Below, in pieces: positions 42,291-54,845 of a stretch of 64,000 nucleotides of DNA. Within the stretch, counting starts at the first letter, position 1. Every line of letters begins with the position of its first letter. The position numbers and the translations under genes are program-made. The notes under the pieces are model-generated. The model searched no databases. It was not told the origin of the DNA and worked only from the letters and a program-made list of their open reading frames with translations. Source of the stretch: Macrostomum lignano (Eukaryota); NCBI GenBank assembly GCA_002269645.1, contig NIVC01000227.1:62001-126000 (forward strand), written 5' to 3'.

Positions 42291-45200
42291 AGTCCCATAT
42301 GCTTTGATTTTGCTTGCTAAGCAAAAATCCTAATACAAAATTTTGTATACTATGACCAACATTTTTATAGTTACTTTATCATACATGAAAAACCTAAAAA
42401 ATTATGCTAGCGATACAATTTTTTTTCTAAATAGAAATGTGACAAAGTATTAAAAAACAAAAAATTAACTTTTTAAAAAAGTTGGCACCCAGGAAAAAAA
42501 CAAAGAATTTGATTTTTGCTATTATATTGCATATTTACTCTGCTTAGTTTCTCTAAAATACTTAAGCAGTATAATTAATTATAATTATATATAACTATAA
42601 TTACCATTTAATTTTTATTTAGTTTGGATTTTTATAATTAAAGGGAACATCTTAGGTAGTTGTTAAGCCTGCTATAAACAAAGTGCCGAGCCTACTATAA
42701 AGGGGTGCAAATGCAATGTAATGTAAAGGACATCCCAAACTTGCTATAAAGAGGAAAAAGCAACAAGCCTTAGAGTCCAACTGAGATCTTGATCTTAAAA
42801 TTTTGAGAATGGGCTTAGAATTCAAGAATAGTCAAGCAAGATTGAATTGAATATAGAAAGTGTAAAAATATTGTGAAGCAAGAAATTAAAAAACAAATAA
42901 CACATTATCTATATTGCATTTGATTCAGTCCTATCAATTTGTATCAGGTATATAAGTAAGTAAAGGTAGCTAGTAGCCTTAACATTGCCTAAAACTGAAA
43001 ACTTTATATATTTTATATAAATGATCTTCATAAGAGTTTGCCTAAAGCAACTTGATTTGTTCAAAAGTTTACATGTTAACAAGTAGCATAGTGATGCATG
43101 CCACTTACTATCAATATTAGTTAATTGAGAAAACATGGTTTTATTTATTTATTAACTTTGAATTCAAAACTACTATAGCTATGTTCATGAAGTATGCATT
43201 ATAGTGATTGTGATTGATGTAGTATTTTGTAGTTACTCATATTATCTTTAGCACTAACAATAATAACATCCTTATCCTTTTGGTTTAGCTAGAACTGATA
43301 AAAAGATTGCATAGTTTGATAGGCCTAACTCTAATCAAGTCATTAGGCCCTAGGCCTAGTCATCATATCATATCATATCATATCACAATCATATGACAAT
43401 TTAGAATAGGGGGCCTATGACAATTTTGACAATTTTAGAATTTGACGATTTAGATAGGGCCTACCCAGCCTAGGCCTAGTCATTAGGCTAGGGAGCCTAG
43501 AGTGAATGAATTGCCATAGGCCTATATCTATATAGCATTCAATTTAGATATGGGCAACCACATATATATAGGCATAGACCCCTATAATAGCTGTAGGCCC
43601 TATCTGATGTTGTTAGTTGTATATTTAGGCTTGGCCTAACTTACTAGGCCTAATAATAGGCCTATGAAGGTGGAAACCTAGGGTAAGATGATAAGATCTC
43701 ATCAACCAAACAAGGTGTCTTTAAAACTGAACATGCAAGTGACTTTCTTTCGTTTTGACTGTCTCATGAGAAGAAATATATTTCAAGAATCCACAAGTGA
43801 CATGATTAGAATAGAAAGAATAGCTATATTCTCATCAACAAAACTAGGCCTATATAAAGCCCAAGCTTTGACATTGTACTCGATAGATACTCGAGAAAAT
43901 TAGTGTTATTAAAAAAATAGTTTAAAAAAAAGAAAAAAGATTTTTCTTGATTTGGGATGTCTGTAGTAGGCCTAGAATTGGTCGGACGATTTTAACATAT
44001 GTTGAAAATTAATTAAACACTGAATTCAGCAGATTTCTACAAATCGATAAACACATTTAAAATCCGATATATAGTTTGAACAAAAAATACTATTCTTCGG
44101 TTGATAATACAAATCGGCTGCAGCCGAGCCGAACAGAGCCGAACATGTTTGGTTGAATGGTTGGTTCGGTTTTTAGATTTCAGAATCATCAATCGAGTTC
44201 ATGCAGAATTTGTTGTTACTCGTTCTCGGTTTGATGTACGCTCGTAGTAGCTATAACAAACCTCAGCAATTTATTTAAATATTGCGCTGTCCTGCAACTC
44301 TTAAAGAAATAATATTGGTAATAAAAAATAATAAACAAAGCCTTTGTAAAGGAAAAATGAAATAAAGAAACAGTGATCTGCTGCATTATGCTAATTTAAA
44401 GTTATCGCGCTGACAAATCATGAATGAAGCCAATCAAGTTTTTTTGCAAAAAAATGTTATTTTCTTAGCCACAGCAAAGACTTTTGTATGCAATTATATT
44501 TTAAAGAAGTAATGCGCATCCTTAATATCTATTTGGTTCCTTTTCTCCGTTTGCGTTGGCTAAATAGTATTGACAATTATGCGTTTGTAAATTTAAAAAA
44601 TCTGCTAGACAGCATGCGATAAACTAGTAAATAAATTAAGTAAAACGAATGTTCATTGAAAAAATCCAAATGAAAACATTTTTTCGAACTTTTATACATC
44701 CAGCCTTACTTTAAGCATCGTCTAATATATTTAGAAAGCCTTTAATTTAAAAGTAATTTAATAATACACAAAAATATCCAATATCATTAAGCAAAGTTTT
44801 TTTTCTATAAGTGCGTGATACATCTGAGTTCGAAAATTATAAAAACAAAACCCCACACACAAAAGGTACCTATCCTAAGGTAGGGCAAAAGCCATAATAT
44901 CCTTAGTTTCGAATAAGCATCTGGGTATAGTAAAAGCAATTGACTTTTGAAAAATATTCAACTGACTAATATTCTTTAGTTAATTATATATAATAAAATA
45001 TTGTGGCGGCAAGACTACGCCACCGGCAGCACCAGTGCAGCCGCACTGGAAACCCCCCCGCCAAACTCTGTCTAGCTGAGGTGGGGTGGTGGCGCACCGG
45101 GCTAGCCGGCTCGCTAAGCCAGGAGGGTTTGCTTAGCCAATCACGCCACGCCACATGTGCGCACCTCCCTAGGCCCCTCAATAATCTCGCGCTGTTTGTA

Positions 45201-45573
45201 ATATAAATATACGCGCAAAGCAGCGCAAAATCTTCGCTGCCATTCCATCTATAAATAGTCAGTAATAATAATAATAATAAAGGAATAATGTCAGTAATAT
45301 AGGATTTTTAGAGTTACTTTTTTATAAGCGCATTTTAACTTATAGCCTTGAAAAATCTTTTAAAGACAAGACTTCCATTAGACAAAGTATAGCTATTATT
45401 TATTACTATTAAATACTACTACTTTGTTGATATTATTACTTATCTTCCAATTATCTAATGTACTCGTAAATACATTTTGTTCCTTAGTAAATAGTCTTCA
45501 GCAGGAAAAAGAAGGAAAATAAAAGGGAAGTAAATCAGAGCTTTTTGAATTTTGAAAGTAAAATGCCTCGCGC

Positions 45574-45976
45574 AACGCGGATATTAAACGTTTTTTGCGA
45601 TCGATGCAAAAAAACACGCGTGCAACTGCTGGTAGGAGGGAGACGGTTGGTGGTTGGCAACAAGAAGAAGCAAAGAAGGATCCTGCTCTACAGCATGGAA
45701 AATTTTTCTTTGGAAGTTTAGAGCAGAGCATCCGCGTTCATGACCAACAGTCTCGCCACATTTTACCGACATAGACCAGCACATGTTGCTCATCCAAAGC
45801 TGTCAGACCGGCATCAGTGTCCGTGTCCAAAGTGCGAGAACTTTGACCAATTAGTTGAGGGTCTGCACTCGTTAGGGATTGTCAGGGCTAACGACAAGCA
45901 CGCTGTGCTGTTAGAAGTAATTTGTTCGGAAGAATCAGCCGCCTGTCTCCCTCACCAGTGCCTAAAATGCCGCTAA
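45574..45976 (+). mobile_element. Degenerate fragment of a putative DNA-transposase-like Cys-rich protein
   Basis: KKKQRRILLYSMENF..*..LATFYRHRPAHV..QCPCPKCEN..VICS..C..QCLKC resembles the QKRLL..F..LRP..V..CxCxxHEN..C..C motif I recall from invertebrate transposon-derived proteins. Contains an in-frame stop. Confidence 0.35.
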
Positions 45977-45984
45977 TGGTCCCG

Positions 45985-46140
45985 AACCATTCCTGACTCA
46001 GTCTCGACCCATTCCTGACTCAGTCCCGACCCATTCCTGACTCAGTCCTGACCCATTCCTGACTCAGTCCCGACCCATTCCTGACTCAGTCCCGACCCAT
46101 TCCTGACTCAGTCCCGACCTATTCCTGACTATTCCGACCT
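45985..46140. repeat. 22-bp tandem repeat (cccattcctgactcagtcccga)
   Basis: About 6-7 copies visible. Confidence 0.85.
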
Positions 46141-46319
46141 ATTACTGATTCCTGGCGATCGATCTTAACGTTGCTGGATTTTAGGCAGTGCAGTATGGGG
46201 TTAACCAAGTTGGTCAGACCCGCTTGCCTGAACTTGTAGAATAACTTCATTGAGAGCTCGGTAAATGGGGCTGTAAGGGTTTCTGAAAGACAATCCATTT
46301 TGCAAATGAGTTGAAGAAG

Positions 46320-46592
<273 letters not shown>

Positions 46593-46883
46593 CATATTAA
46601 CCATCTCCGATTGAGCTGCATGTAACGTATTACGCCTAGTTCTTTTCAGAGTCGTTAAGTACATGTGCACAGTATGTTTTTATATTCATGCACTGCAAGG
46701 AGCAGGTATTAAATAAAAAAACGAACTATTCAAATGATTTTTGCGTCCCATGAAATGAACTGGACCAACAACACGCCGGTCGCATGTGAATGAAACGGAA
46801 TATGTGATAATTTTATTGAAAATCTTTGTGAGACACGTCCATGTTAAAAGCCTAAATTTGAAAACGTTCTCTGTGCGCAAAAT

Positions 46884-48530
46884 TTAGTCACTAGAGTGCG
46901 GGCAGTTCCGGATGCTGTTCTGCAGGCTGCAGAGCTGTTCCAACGCTTGCCACTTGTTGACCTCGCCAGTGAGAGCGCTGTCATGTTCCCATGGCGGGGC
47001 CATCTGGTAAGGCTGTTGATAGGTTTGCGCCCTTGGCATTTGTTCGCCTGGTCCCACCGCCACAGCGTCTGCAACGGCCTTTAGCGCGAACGCTTCCTCC
47101 AATTCGGATATTGCCGCCCTCCAGCAGCTGCCCAAAAGACCGGTGCTTCGCAGACAGCGAATCAGGCACATCAAGCATGGCGTTGCAGCACTCTGCTGCA
47201 CTCTGCCAACGGATACTGATGACGTAAAACTGTCGATCAGCGAGTTTGGAGAGCCGATGAAGCGGGTCAGGTAACCGCCCTGACGATTGACTGACTGCTC
47301 GTTCCAGCTGTCCAACTCTCTGGATTCGCCAGCAGGCGAGAGTGCCCTGTAACTGCCACCAATGCCGGAACCGCCTCTATATCGTCGAGTTTCTACAGGC
47401 GATTCAGCCGCTTGTCTAGCGCGTCCCGCCAGTCTCTGCTGCACGCCGTTGTCATCCACGGCTTCATCATCGATATGGCGTATCGATCGACCGCTTGGAT
47501 AGCTCAGTTTTGCGTGCCTGTCGTGGTGCACGTCTTTGTCGAGGCCGGCTGCGGTTCTAGATCTTGGGTCCCTCCTTTGTGAAGAGCGGATGTCCTCGTC
47601 CTCGTTATCAGAGTCGAGCTCAACTGCTTTTGAACGGTTAAGTCGAAGGCTTCCATCTATGGCTTGAAGTGACGGTTGAGCTCGGTCAGCACCCGATCGG
47701 GAGTGCTTCTCTCTACTTGCTGCCCTGGACTCTTTTAAGATTTCTTTTGTCGACAGGTGGTTTGGCTGGTCCTGACTGGCCTCGCCGGCCCGATACAGAT
47801 CCGACTGGCACGCCCGGATCTCGTCATAAATCTCCTGAGTAGACAGTCGAACGTTTGAGCCTTTAAATTCGTCGATGCCAGTTGATTCACCTTTATCTGA
47901 GAGATTAAAGCGCTTGAATCTCAACTCTTCAAGTACATCTTGAGAAGACGGTCGTGAAGGTAATTTTTCTGCTTCTGGATTATCTTCCATTGCACTGTCA
48001 CTAATTGACAGCTTTGAATGCCGCTGTTTCACTTCATCGAAAACGATTTTTGAGGTCAAGCTAGCAGCGGGCTCCTCTGTTTCTCTCATGGCCACATAGG
48101 CAGGAACAAGGTTTTCTTTGGAAGCTTTCGCCCTCAATTTTAACTGAGTTGTCGGCAGTAGATATTCGTCAGAGCTGATCTTGTGCGTCGGTTTCGGTGG
48201 CGGAGGAGGAGGTGTTGGGGGAGTCGGAGCAGTTTTGTAAGTTTTTACCGTCGATGGAGCTCCGGTATCCGCTTTGCGTGCCTCGTCTGATTCTTGCTGA
48301 TCCTTGACCTGTTGCTCCTGCTCGTTGTCCTGGAGCTGCTGTCCAGCGATGTTGTTGCTTGACAGTAGCAGCTGCTGGTGCTCGCATCGTCTCTGCTGCT
48401 CTTGCTGCAAGCGTTGCTGAAGCTGGCGCACGATGTTGCTGCGACTTTGAGGCTCAAGCAGATATTGTCGACCAGTGGCCGACAGCCGATCCAAGTCCCA
48501 GGGATTGCTTCCATTGGGGTTGGGTGCCAT
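46884..48530 (-). CDS. Uncharacterised, probably disordered 548-aa protein (long single ORF)
   Basis: 1647-nt stop-free frame from ATG 48530 (MAPNPNGSNPWDLDRL..), with a Q-rich N-terminus and a PPTPPPPPP segment. Minus-strand AATAAA lies ~70 nt after the stop. No domain recognised. Confidence 0.7.
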   Translation of the reverse strand: MAPNPNGSNPWDLDRLSATGRQYLLEPQSRSNIVRQLQQRLQQEQQRRCEHQQLLLSSNNIAGQQLQDNEQEQQVKDQQESDEARKADTGAPSTVKTYKTAPTPPTPPPPPPKPTHKISSDEYLLPTTQLKLRAKASKENLVPAYVAMRETEEPAASLTSKIVFDEVKQRHSKLSISDSAMEDNPEAEKLPSRPSSQDVLEELRFKRFNLSDKGESTGIDEFKGSNVRLSTQEIYDEIRACQSDLYRAGEASQDQPNHLSTKEILKESRAASREKHSRSGADRAQPSLQAIDGSLRLNRSKAVELDSDNEDEDIRSSQRRDPRSRTAAGLDKDVHHDRHAKLSYPSGRSIRHIDDEAVDDNGVQQRLAGRARQAAESPVETRRYRGGSGIGGSYRALSPAGESRELDSWNEQSVNRQGGYLTRFIGSPNSLIDSFTSSVSVGRVQQSAATPCLMCLIRCLRSTGLLGSCWRAAISELEEAFALKAVADAVAVGPGEQMPRAQTYQQPYQMAPPWEHDSALTGEVNKWQALEQLCSLQNSIRNCPHSSD

Positions 48531-49191
48531 TTGGAAGCGAATCGGAGCGGAGCTTTGAGAACTGGTCTCGGCTTTGAGTCCTTTCAGCCACAAAACACAA
48601 AGTACGTATACTGAATACAATAGATTCTAAAGGACTACCACATCTATACGATTGAAGTGAAAAGTCTATGGTAGTCTAGCTCTAGAAACTTTGGAACTTT
48701 CAAATTTCTTTATGGTGCGAATGTATACATCAAATTTTAAAGTGCAAATTTTTATTTTAATTCTATGACACTGTCGTCTGTTAAAAAGTTTGTATTAATT
48801 TATGGACAGCATGAATGAGCCTCTTGACGGCTAATGGTGCAGTCGTGCAGAAGTACAAGCTAGCATCAAAATTTGGAAAGTGCACTGCAGTGAGTGTGGG
48901 CTTGGGAGAGAAGTCTGGCGGGCGTGATGCTATTTATAGCCACAGTCCGTTAACAAACTCCTATTTTAAGCCATACGCTAAGGTAGCTTTCAGTTGCACA
49001 ATAATATGCAACGCACATGAGGCAATGAGTTGCAACATAATATGCAAGCGACTATAGCCGCATAAATTCTCTGGCAATGGCCTGCAAAACCTGCATTTCA
49101 GCTATATTTCAACTACAAGTAATTTTTTCCTATAGGAAACAGCACCTGACAACGTAAATCAGGAAAACTGCAGTTTCCAGGACGATCAAAG

Positions 49192-49668
49192 ATGACGCAA
49201 ATTATTGTTGAACTACCGCCAACTGCAGCCGGCAGTGCGACTCGGGTGATCGACCTGGACGCAGACAGTCGCTCCGGTGACCTGCAGGCGGCGGTGCGGC
49301 GAATCCTGACCGGCGGCCTCTCAACCAGCCAGGTGATGCCCGTGTGCTACCTGCCTAGCGGTGGTGCGCCTCTGTCGCTGCAGGCTTCCGCCGACGCCGA
49401 CAGCTGGGACTGCCTCCTGCTGACGGCTTTGGAGAGCCGCTCGCCAGTCCGCCTCTGCGCTGCTTGCGTCTTGCCGGGTGGCAAAACCCACGGCCGGCTG
49501 GGCAACGCCGGGAAAGTGCGCGGCCAGACGCCGTTTGTTGCCAAGGCAACCGAGGAGAAGTCGCGACGACAGAAGACGGGAAGAGCGAAGAAGCGGGAGC
49601 TGTGCAGTCGGCGTTTTGGCGGTCAGCTGGAGCTCCTGCCGAGGGGCCGGCCAGTGCAGACTGCCTGA
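49192..49668 (+). CDS. Divergent FAU-like fusion: ubiquitin-like leader ending in GG plus ribosomal protein eS30-like tail, intronless
   Basis: LPGG|[36 protein letters not shown] aligns with eS30 [36 protein letters not shown]. The 97-aa leader is only weakly ubiquitin-like. Confidence 0.8.
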   Translation: MTQIIVELPPTAAGSATRVIDLDADSRSGDLQAAVRRILTGGLSTSQVMPVCYLPSGGAPLSLQASADADSWDCLLLTALESRSPVRLCAACVLPGGKTHGRLGNAGKVRGQTPFVAKATEEKSRRQKTGRAKKRELCSRRFGGQLELLPRGRPVQTA

Positions 49669-50280
49669 GGCCTGACAGCCATGCAGCTTCTGCTGCCCCT
49701 TGACTGACATTTTTGAGATGTTTTATTATAATGTTTAGAATTGAAATTTGGTGTCGGTAGTAAAATACGCTCGTAATACTCGTAGTACCAAGAATGATAC
49801 ACTGCATGACTTAGTCGAATTTAACAGGTTCTCTACTAGAAAACTGAAAGGATTGACACTTTGCTAAAATATACGTTTTAAAAAAACGTTTCCATATTGT
49901 CTGCTTTATTAAAAACATGAAACTTTGATATTATATATTTGTCTAAAAAACGACAGGGAAGCTCTCCGCGTGGATACAGGAAGCTACATTAGTAGCATGT
50001 TGTGCGGACTGTGTGTGTGTTTTTTCCCGGAGTCCGGAGTCGGGTTTTCACTGCAAACTGCAACTGTACTGAGATTAGTAAGTTTTCAGCTTCAAAACAC
50101 TAAATTAAAATTTGCACGATGCAACCGACTACAGCCGCAAAATTTGCACTCATATTTATCTATCCAATGCACTTTGTTGTGGAAACCAGTCCTCCCGTGA
50201 TAAGTACACAATTTCGAAGCGTCCTTTGACTTTAGCTGTTCATGGCTGTAAGCTTAATGTAAATACGAGCGCGTAGGATC

Positions 50281-53200
50281 TCAAAGCGATGAAAAATCGA
50301 GCCCCATCTCCTTCAGAAGCCAGTGGGGCACCCATCCCATAGTTTCTTGGATAATTTTTATGATTCGCTCAGATTTCGCAAAGCTGCGACACTTTAAGGC
50401 GGCCACCATCAACTCTTGGACGTCAGAGTCATCGCGTTCGAGAATCTCCGCTACGAAAGAGTCTTGCGCATCCGTATCATGGCCAGCTACGAACTCAAGA
50501 CGCAAAACCCGAAGCAGAACGTCAAAGTTCACAAAGTATTGACTTGAGTTGCTGGTCTGCAGCGGGAAACAATTCTCCAAAGCTCCCGGCAGAAGGCAGA
50601 GTTTTGGACAGCAGTCTTCAAATTGAAAGCAAAACTTCCAAGCCGAGTTCTGGGTCCTCAGGTGCTGCCAAACGACTGCTGAAGTGGCCTCGCTTGCTGG
50701 CTTCTCAGAAGACCAAGATAAGCCTCTGCTTGCAGTGATGACTTCGCACCCGCTCAAGACCTCAACTGCGGCTTCCCGATAGCCGAACTTCAAAAAAGTC
50801 AGAACACGGAGAGTCTCGCGCGTCGAGCTTGCACAGTCTGGGAGCTTCTCGATCAGCTCCGCCAGACGTTCCATTCTCTCGACACGACAGTCCTCACCGC
50901 ACAGGAGCAAAAGACAGTCGCGCACGCAGTCGTAGATCTCATGATATTGGAACTTGCTATTGCTCTTAGGCTCTGAGTTCGTTTCAAAGTAAGGCAGTAT
51001 GGCAAACGGATGAAAGTAGAACCTGGCCGAGTCGGCGACTGGTCGCAGGGTGTCCTTGAAATCCAGAAGCAGTTTAGGCAGCTGATCAATAACTTGTCCC
51101 ACAGCACCCGCTGCTTCTTGCAAGATCCGTTTCATTGCCTGTGACGAAATCGGGCCGGTTCCTTTCAGGTACAGCCCCGCATCGCCTAGAAAAAAATGAT
51201 CCATAATCCTGTGATCCGTGTTACCTGGCCTGCAGCCACTTTCTAGACTGTCCTGCAGAATGCGAAGCGCTTGTCTCACAAGGAAAACCAGATTCTCCTG
51301 CTTCCATTGCTCGGCTGGAATCTCCTCTATCATCCGAAACGTGATGGTCTTTACGTGGTAGGATTTCACTCCTTGAACTTTGAAGCAATGCTTGTTAGAG
51401 ATCACTTTCTTCACCAGGTATTTAAGTGTGACAAACAGCTGGCCCTGAAGAGTATTCAGACTGCGCAGCAGACGCCTCTCCAGAAAAGTTGTACTCACTC
51501 GGAGCTGCTTACCGCCTTCTCCAGGAGGTGCCGCATGCACCACGTGACAGGGCGACGAGACAAGTTCGTTTTGCAGAGACTGCAGTGTGGACTTGGGTAT
51601 GTTGGACTTGGAAAGTCGATGTGGCTCAAGCGGTGCTATGGGCGGATAGCAGCAGAGGCGACAGGCATCCACTTTGTCCACGGCTGGCTTCAATGCTGAC
51701 CCTCTGAATGCGTGGGCTGGAGTTGAAGCTGGAATAGGAACTCTGATGATTTAATGCCCAAAAGGATTCATACCCATTAAACTATGCATCCATTCTTACC
51801 AGAAGACTTACCATATCCAGGGCTAAAAATGTGCCCATTGTCGTACTCAACTAATTCTTCCGGTAGACTGTCACATTTGCACATGCCCTTTACGTGATAA
51901 AGTCGGCTGGCGATGAGTCTCATCACATCAATGTCGGACTCTACGTCCGTCCTACCATCGAGAGTTTTCAGATTGTTGCCCCAGCCCTCAGAGTAGCTTC
52001 CAACGATATGAACATCATCATTGTCCAGCCTCTTCCTCACGATCGCCTGGAGCACGTCAGCCACTGCGGATTGTATTGCTGCTCTTGACTGCACGAATCC
52101 GGATGTCGTCAGCTCGTTCTGCAGCAGACAACTCAACTTCGAGTTTCCACTCGCGGTCGGGCTAAAAATTTGGAACTAGTTTGCTGTTTATTGCTTTCAA
52201 ATTAAAAGCTGAAAGTGAGGAGAGATTAATTAGCTCACTGATCTAGCTCGTGTGTTGCTTCGATACACTCAATATCAGCCACGGAATCTGGCTCTGCACC
52301 GTCAGACTCAGCATCCAACCAGTCCTGATTCCTAAGTGCCGTTTTTAACAAAGCGGCAACTTTAAAATGACCATTTTGCTCCGCTGCGGACAAAGGCGTT
52401 AGTCCGGACGTTTGTTGCTCGTTGAAATTTGTCTGCGCCTTGATCAGAGACTCAACGACTGGATAGTGACCGTTGAGAGAAGCAAGAAATAAAGACGACA
52501 CGCCTCTCTCAAGCTCAACATCGACATCTACTGGGAATTTGATTAGCATGTCCACTGATTTTTGGTAGCCAGACAGGGACGCAGCGAGTATCAACATCGG
52601 ACTGATATCAACCTGGGCCTGCATCAGTAGATCAAGAACCTGAGTATCGTCATCATCCAATGCATATGCAGTAGCTCTACTACCCCCCATTCCGTTAAAA
52701 TTAACATCCGCGCGCGCTTTCAGCAGTGCTCTAACGATTGAGAGAAGGCGATTTTGCGAAGCAACATGCAACGGCGACATTTCATTTTTCACTTGAAGGT
52801 CAAGATCGGCCTGAGCCCCGATAAGCAAGTCAACAACCTGTTGATGCCCGTTCTGCGATGCAATGTAGAGCGAAGTAGCGCCGAGGTTTTGCTGAATGTC
52901 CATATCCGCCTGTGATCTTATAAGTATTGACGCTACATTATGGTATCCATTCTGTGACGCAACAAACAACGGTGTCATTCCTGCGCTCTGCTGCAAGTTA
53001 ACATCCGCGCTTGCTTTAATAAACGTGTTCACCAGCTGAGTTTGCCCATTTTGAGCCACAAGGTACAGTGGCGTGGCGCCCGTACACTTTGCACGATTCA
53101 CATCAGCTCGAGAGGCGATCAGGGACGAAACAACGCCTTGATGAGCGAACTGGGCCGCAATGAACAGGGGCGTCACTCCGCCCTCCATCGGGACATCAGG

Positions 53201-53950
53201 ATTTGCTCCGGCGCGAAGTAGGGCATCCACAACTTCCCGATGTCCTCTCTGTGACGCAACAAATAGAGGTGTACCCCAGCTTCCTTCCCGCAAGTCAACG
53301 TTGGCGTTGGCTCTAATGAGCTGCTCAACCACTGTGAGATGCCCGCACTGCGCTGCAATGTGAAGCGGCGCGGCTCCGCTGCTCTGCTGCAGGTCCACAT
53401 TGGCTTGTGCGCGAATTAGCAAACCGACAACATTGTGATGGCCGTTCTGAGATGCAATGTACAGCGGCGTCATTCCGGTTCCCATCTGGACATCCAGGTG
53501 TGCACCGGCTTTGATTAGCCTAAGCGCCACTCCCTGGTGACCCTGCTGCGCTGCAATGTACAGCGAGGTGCAGCCCTTTATGACCTCCGCGTCCACCCGG
53601 GCGCCGGAAGCAATGAGCAAATCAACCAGCTCGTCACGGCCGTGTTGAGATGCCACGAACAGTGCGGTACCGCCGTTCCGGTCTAAGAAATTGACATCGG
53701 CTCGAGCGTCCAGCAGCATTTTCACAACGGCCAGCTTTCCGGTCTTGCAGGCGAGGTGGACGGGGCAGCTCACAGTGTAGCCGCACTTAAACTCTCTGTT
53801 TAAGTCTCTGCCTGAACGCAGGTAGGCACCGACTATCGCGGTGTCACCATTCCGGATGGCCGTCACGAACTCTTCGTCCGATGGTGAGCATAGCGGCTCG
53901 CCAGCTGCTTGCATCAGCACCGATGCCAAAGCTCTTAAAATTGCTTGCAT
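50281..53950 (-). CDS. Ankyrin-repeat / Mab-21 (cGAS-like receptor, cGLR) nucleotidyltransferase fusion, ~1169 aa, 3 exons
   Basis: Exons 53950-52239 (about 15-16 ankyrin repeats; donor CA|GTGAGC), 52161-51812 (acceptor tttttag; GSYSEG..ESDIDVM; donor G|GTAAGT) and 51728-50281 (acceptor ttccag; DKVDACRLCCYP, LRVSTTFLERRLL, VTLKYLVK, VKSYHVKTITF, WKQENL, DHFFL). The introns are 77 and 83 nt and phase-compatible. Confidence 0.82.
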
Positions 53951-54845
53951 CGTTGCTTGATGGCAAATTGTTAGTGCTAGAAGTGGTCACATTAGGCGCT
54001 CACTGCGAAGATCTAGCAAATTATTCTTTTCGAGTATACGAAAGCTGTTTTAAACTCTACCCACGGTTTGCATAATTGCAGACTATTTCACAAACAGGCC
54101 AGACAGAAGATAAGAGAGCGAGTACGCTGGTCTGCTGACATTGTGCACGGCTAAATTTGAAACCATTTAGTGCAGAAAATTAGTGTACTTGCTTGACCTG
54201 TCCTTTGAGTAGCCTAAGGCTAACTGCCACTGCCGTTTAATAATTTCACAAAAATAGCGCTAAGTAAGTACGAGCCTAAGAATTCGTGTGGATCAACCAA
54301 TGATTGTTATGACATTCTTTTTTTTCTCAAAATTTTCAAATCCCTGCATCTAAAAGTATTGGTACCAAGGGAGTTGCTTTATTGATCAGGTGAAAACTAA
54401 AAAACTGCAGTTAAAACATTTGTTATTTCAAATTAAGTTCAGCTTGTTAAATTTAGCTCTCAGCTTCAAGTATGTATTTAGCATCTTTGTCAAAAATCTT
54501 TTTTTTGGTGCAGTGATGAATTAAAAAATCGAGCTTTTACATTTCAGTCAATACAAAAAGCCTGTTGGGGGTTTTGAGAGAGAAAAAAAATCATTATAAA
54601 ATTTTACTAAAAGCTTATCTATTAAATTTTGTTATTATGGTGTTGGTGAATTTAAAATACTGTACGTTTATCAAGATGCAGTTTGTTTCACTGAGCATCT
54701 GAGCAAAAAATTGGTATTCGGTCGCAAGCAATTGAAGTATTATTATCAATAATGTGCCACACATTAGTAATGTCTTTACGGAAATTACTGTCTAAAGAGT
54801 TTTAGTCGTTGACAAAATAAAATTTGCAAACTGAATCAGAAATGA

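Noticed and set aside
52235-53950. Stand-alone ankyrin-repeat gene ending at TGA 52235
   Set aside because: A GTGAG donor overlaps the stop, and a phase-matched 77-nt intron leads into the otherwise start-less Mab-21 exon. Fusion is the simpler reading, pending transcripts.
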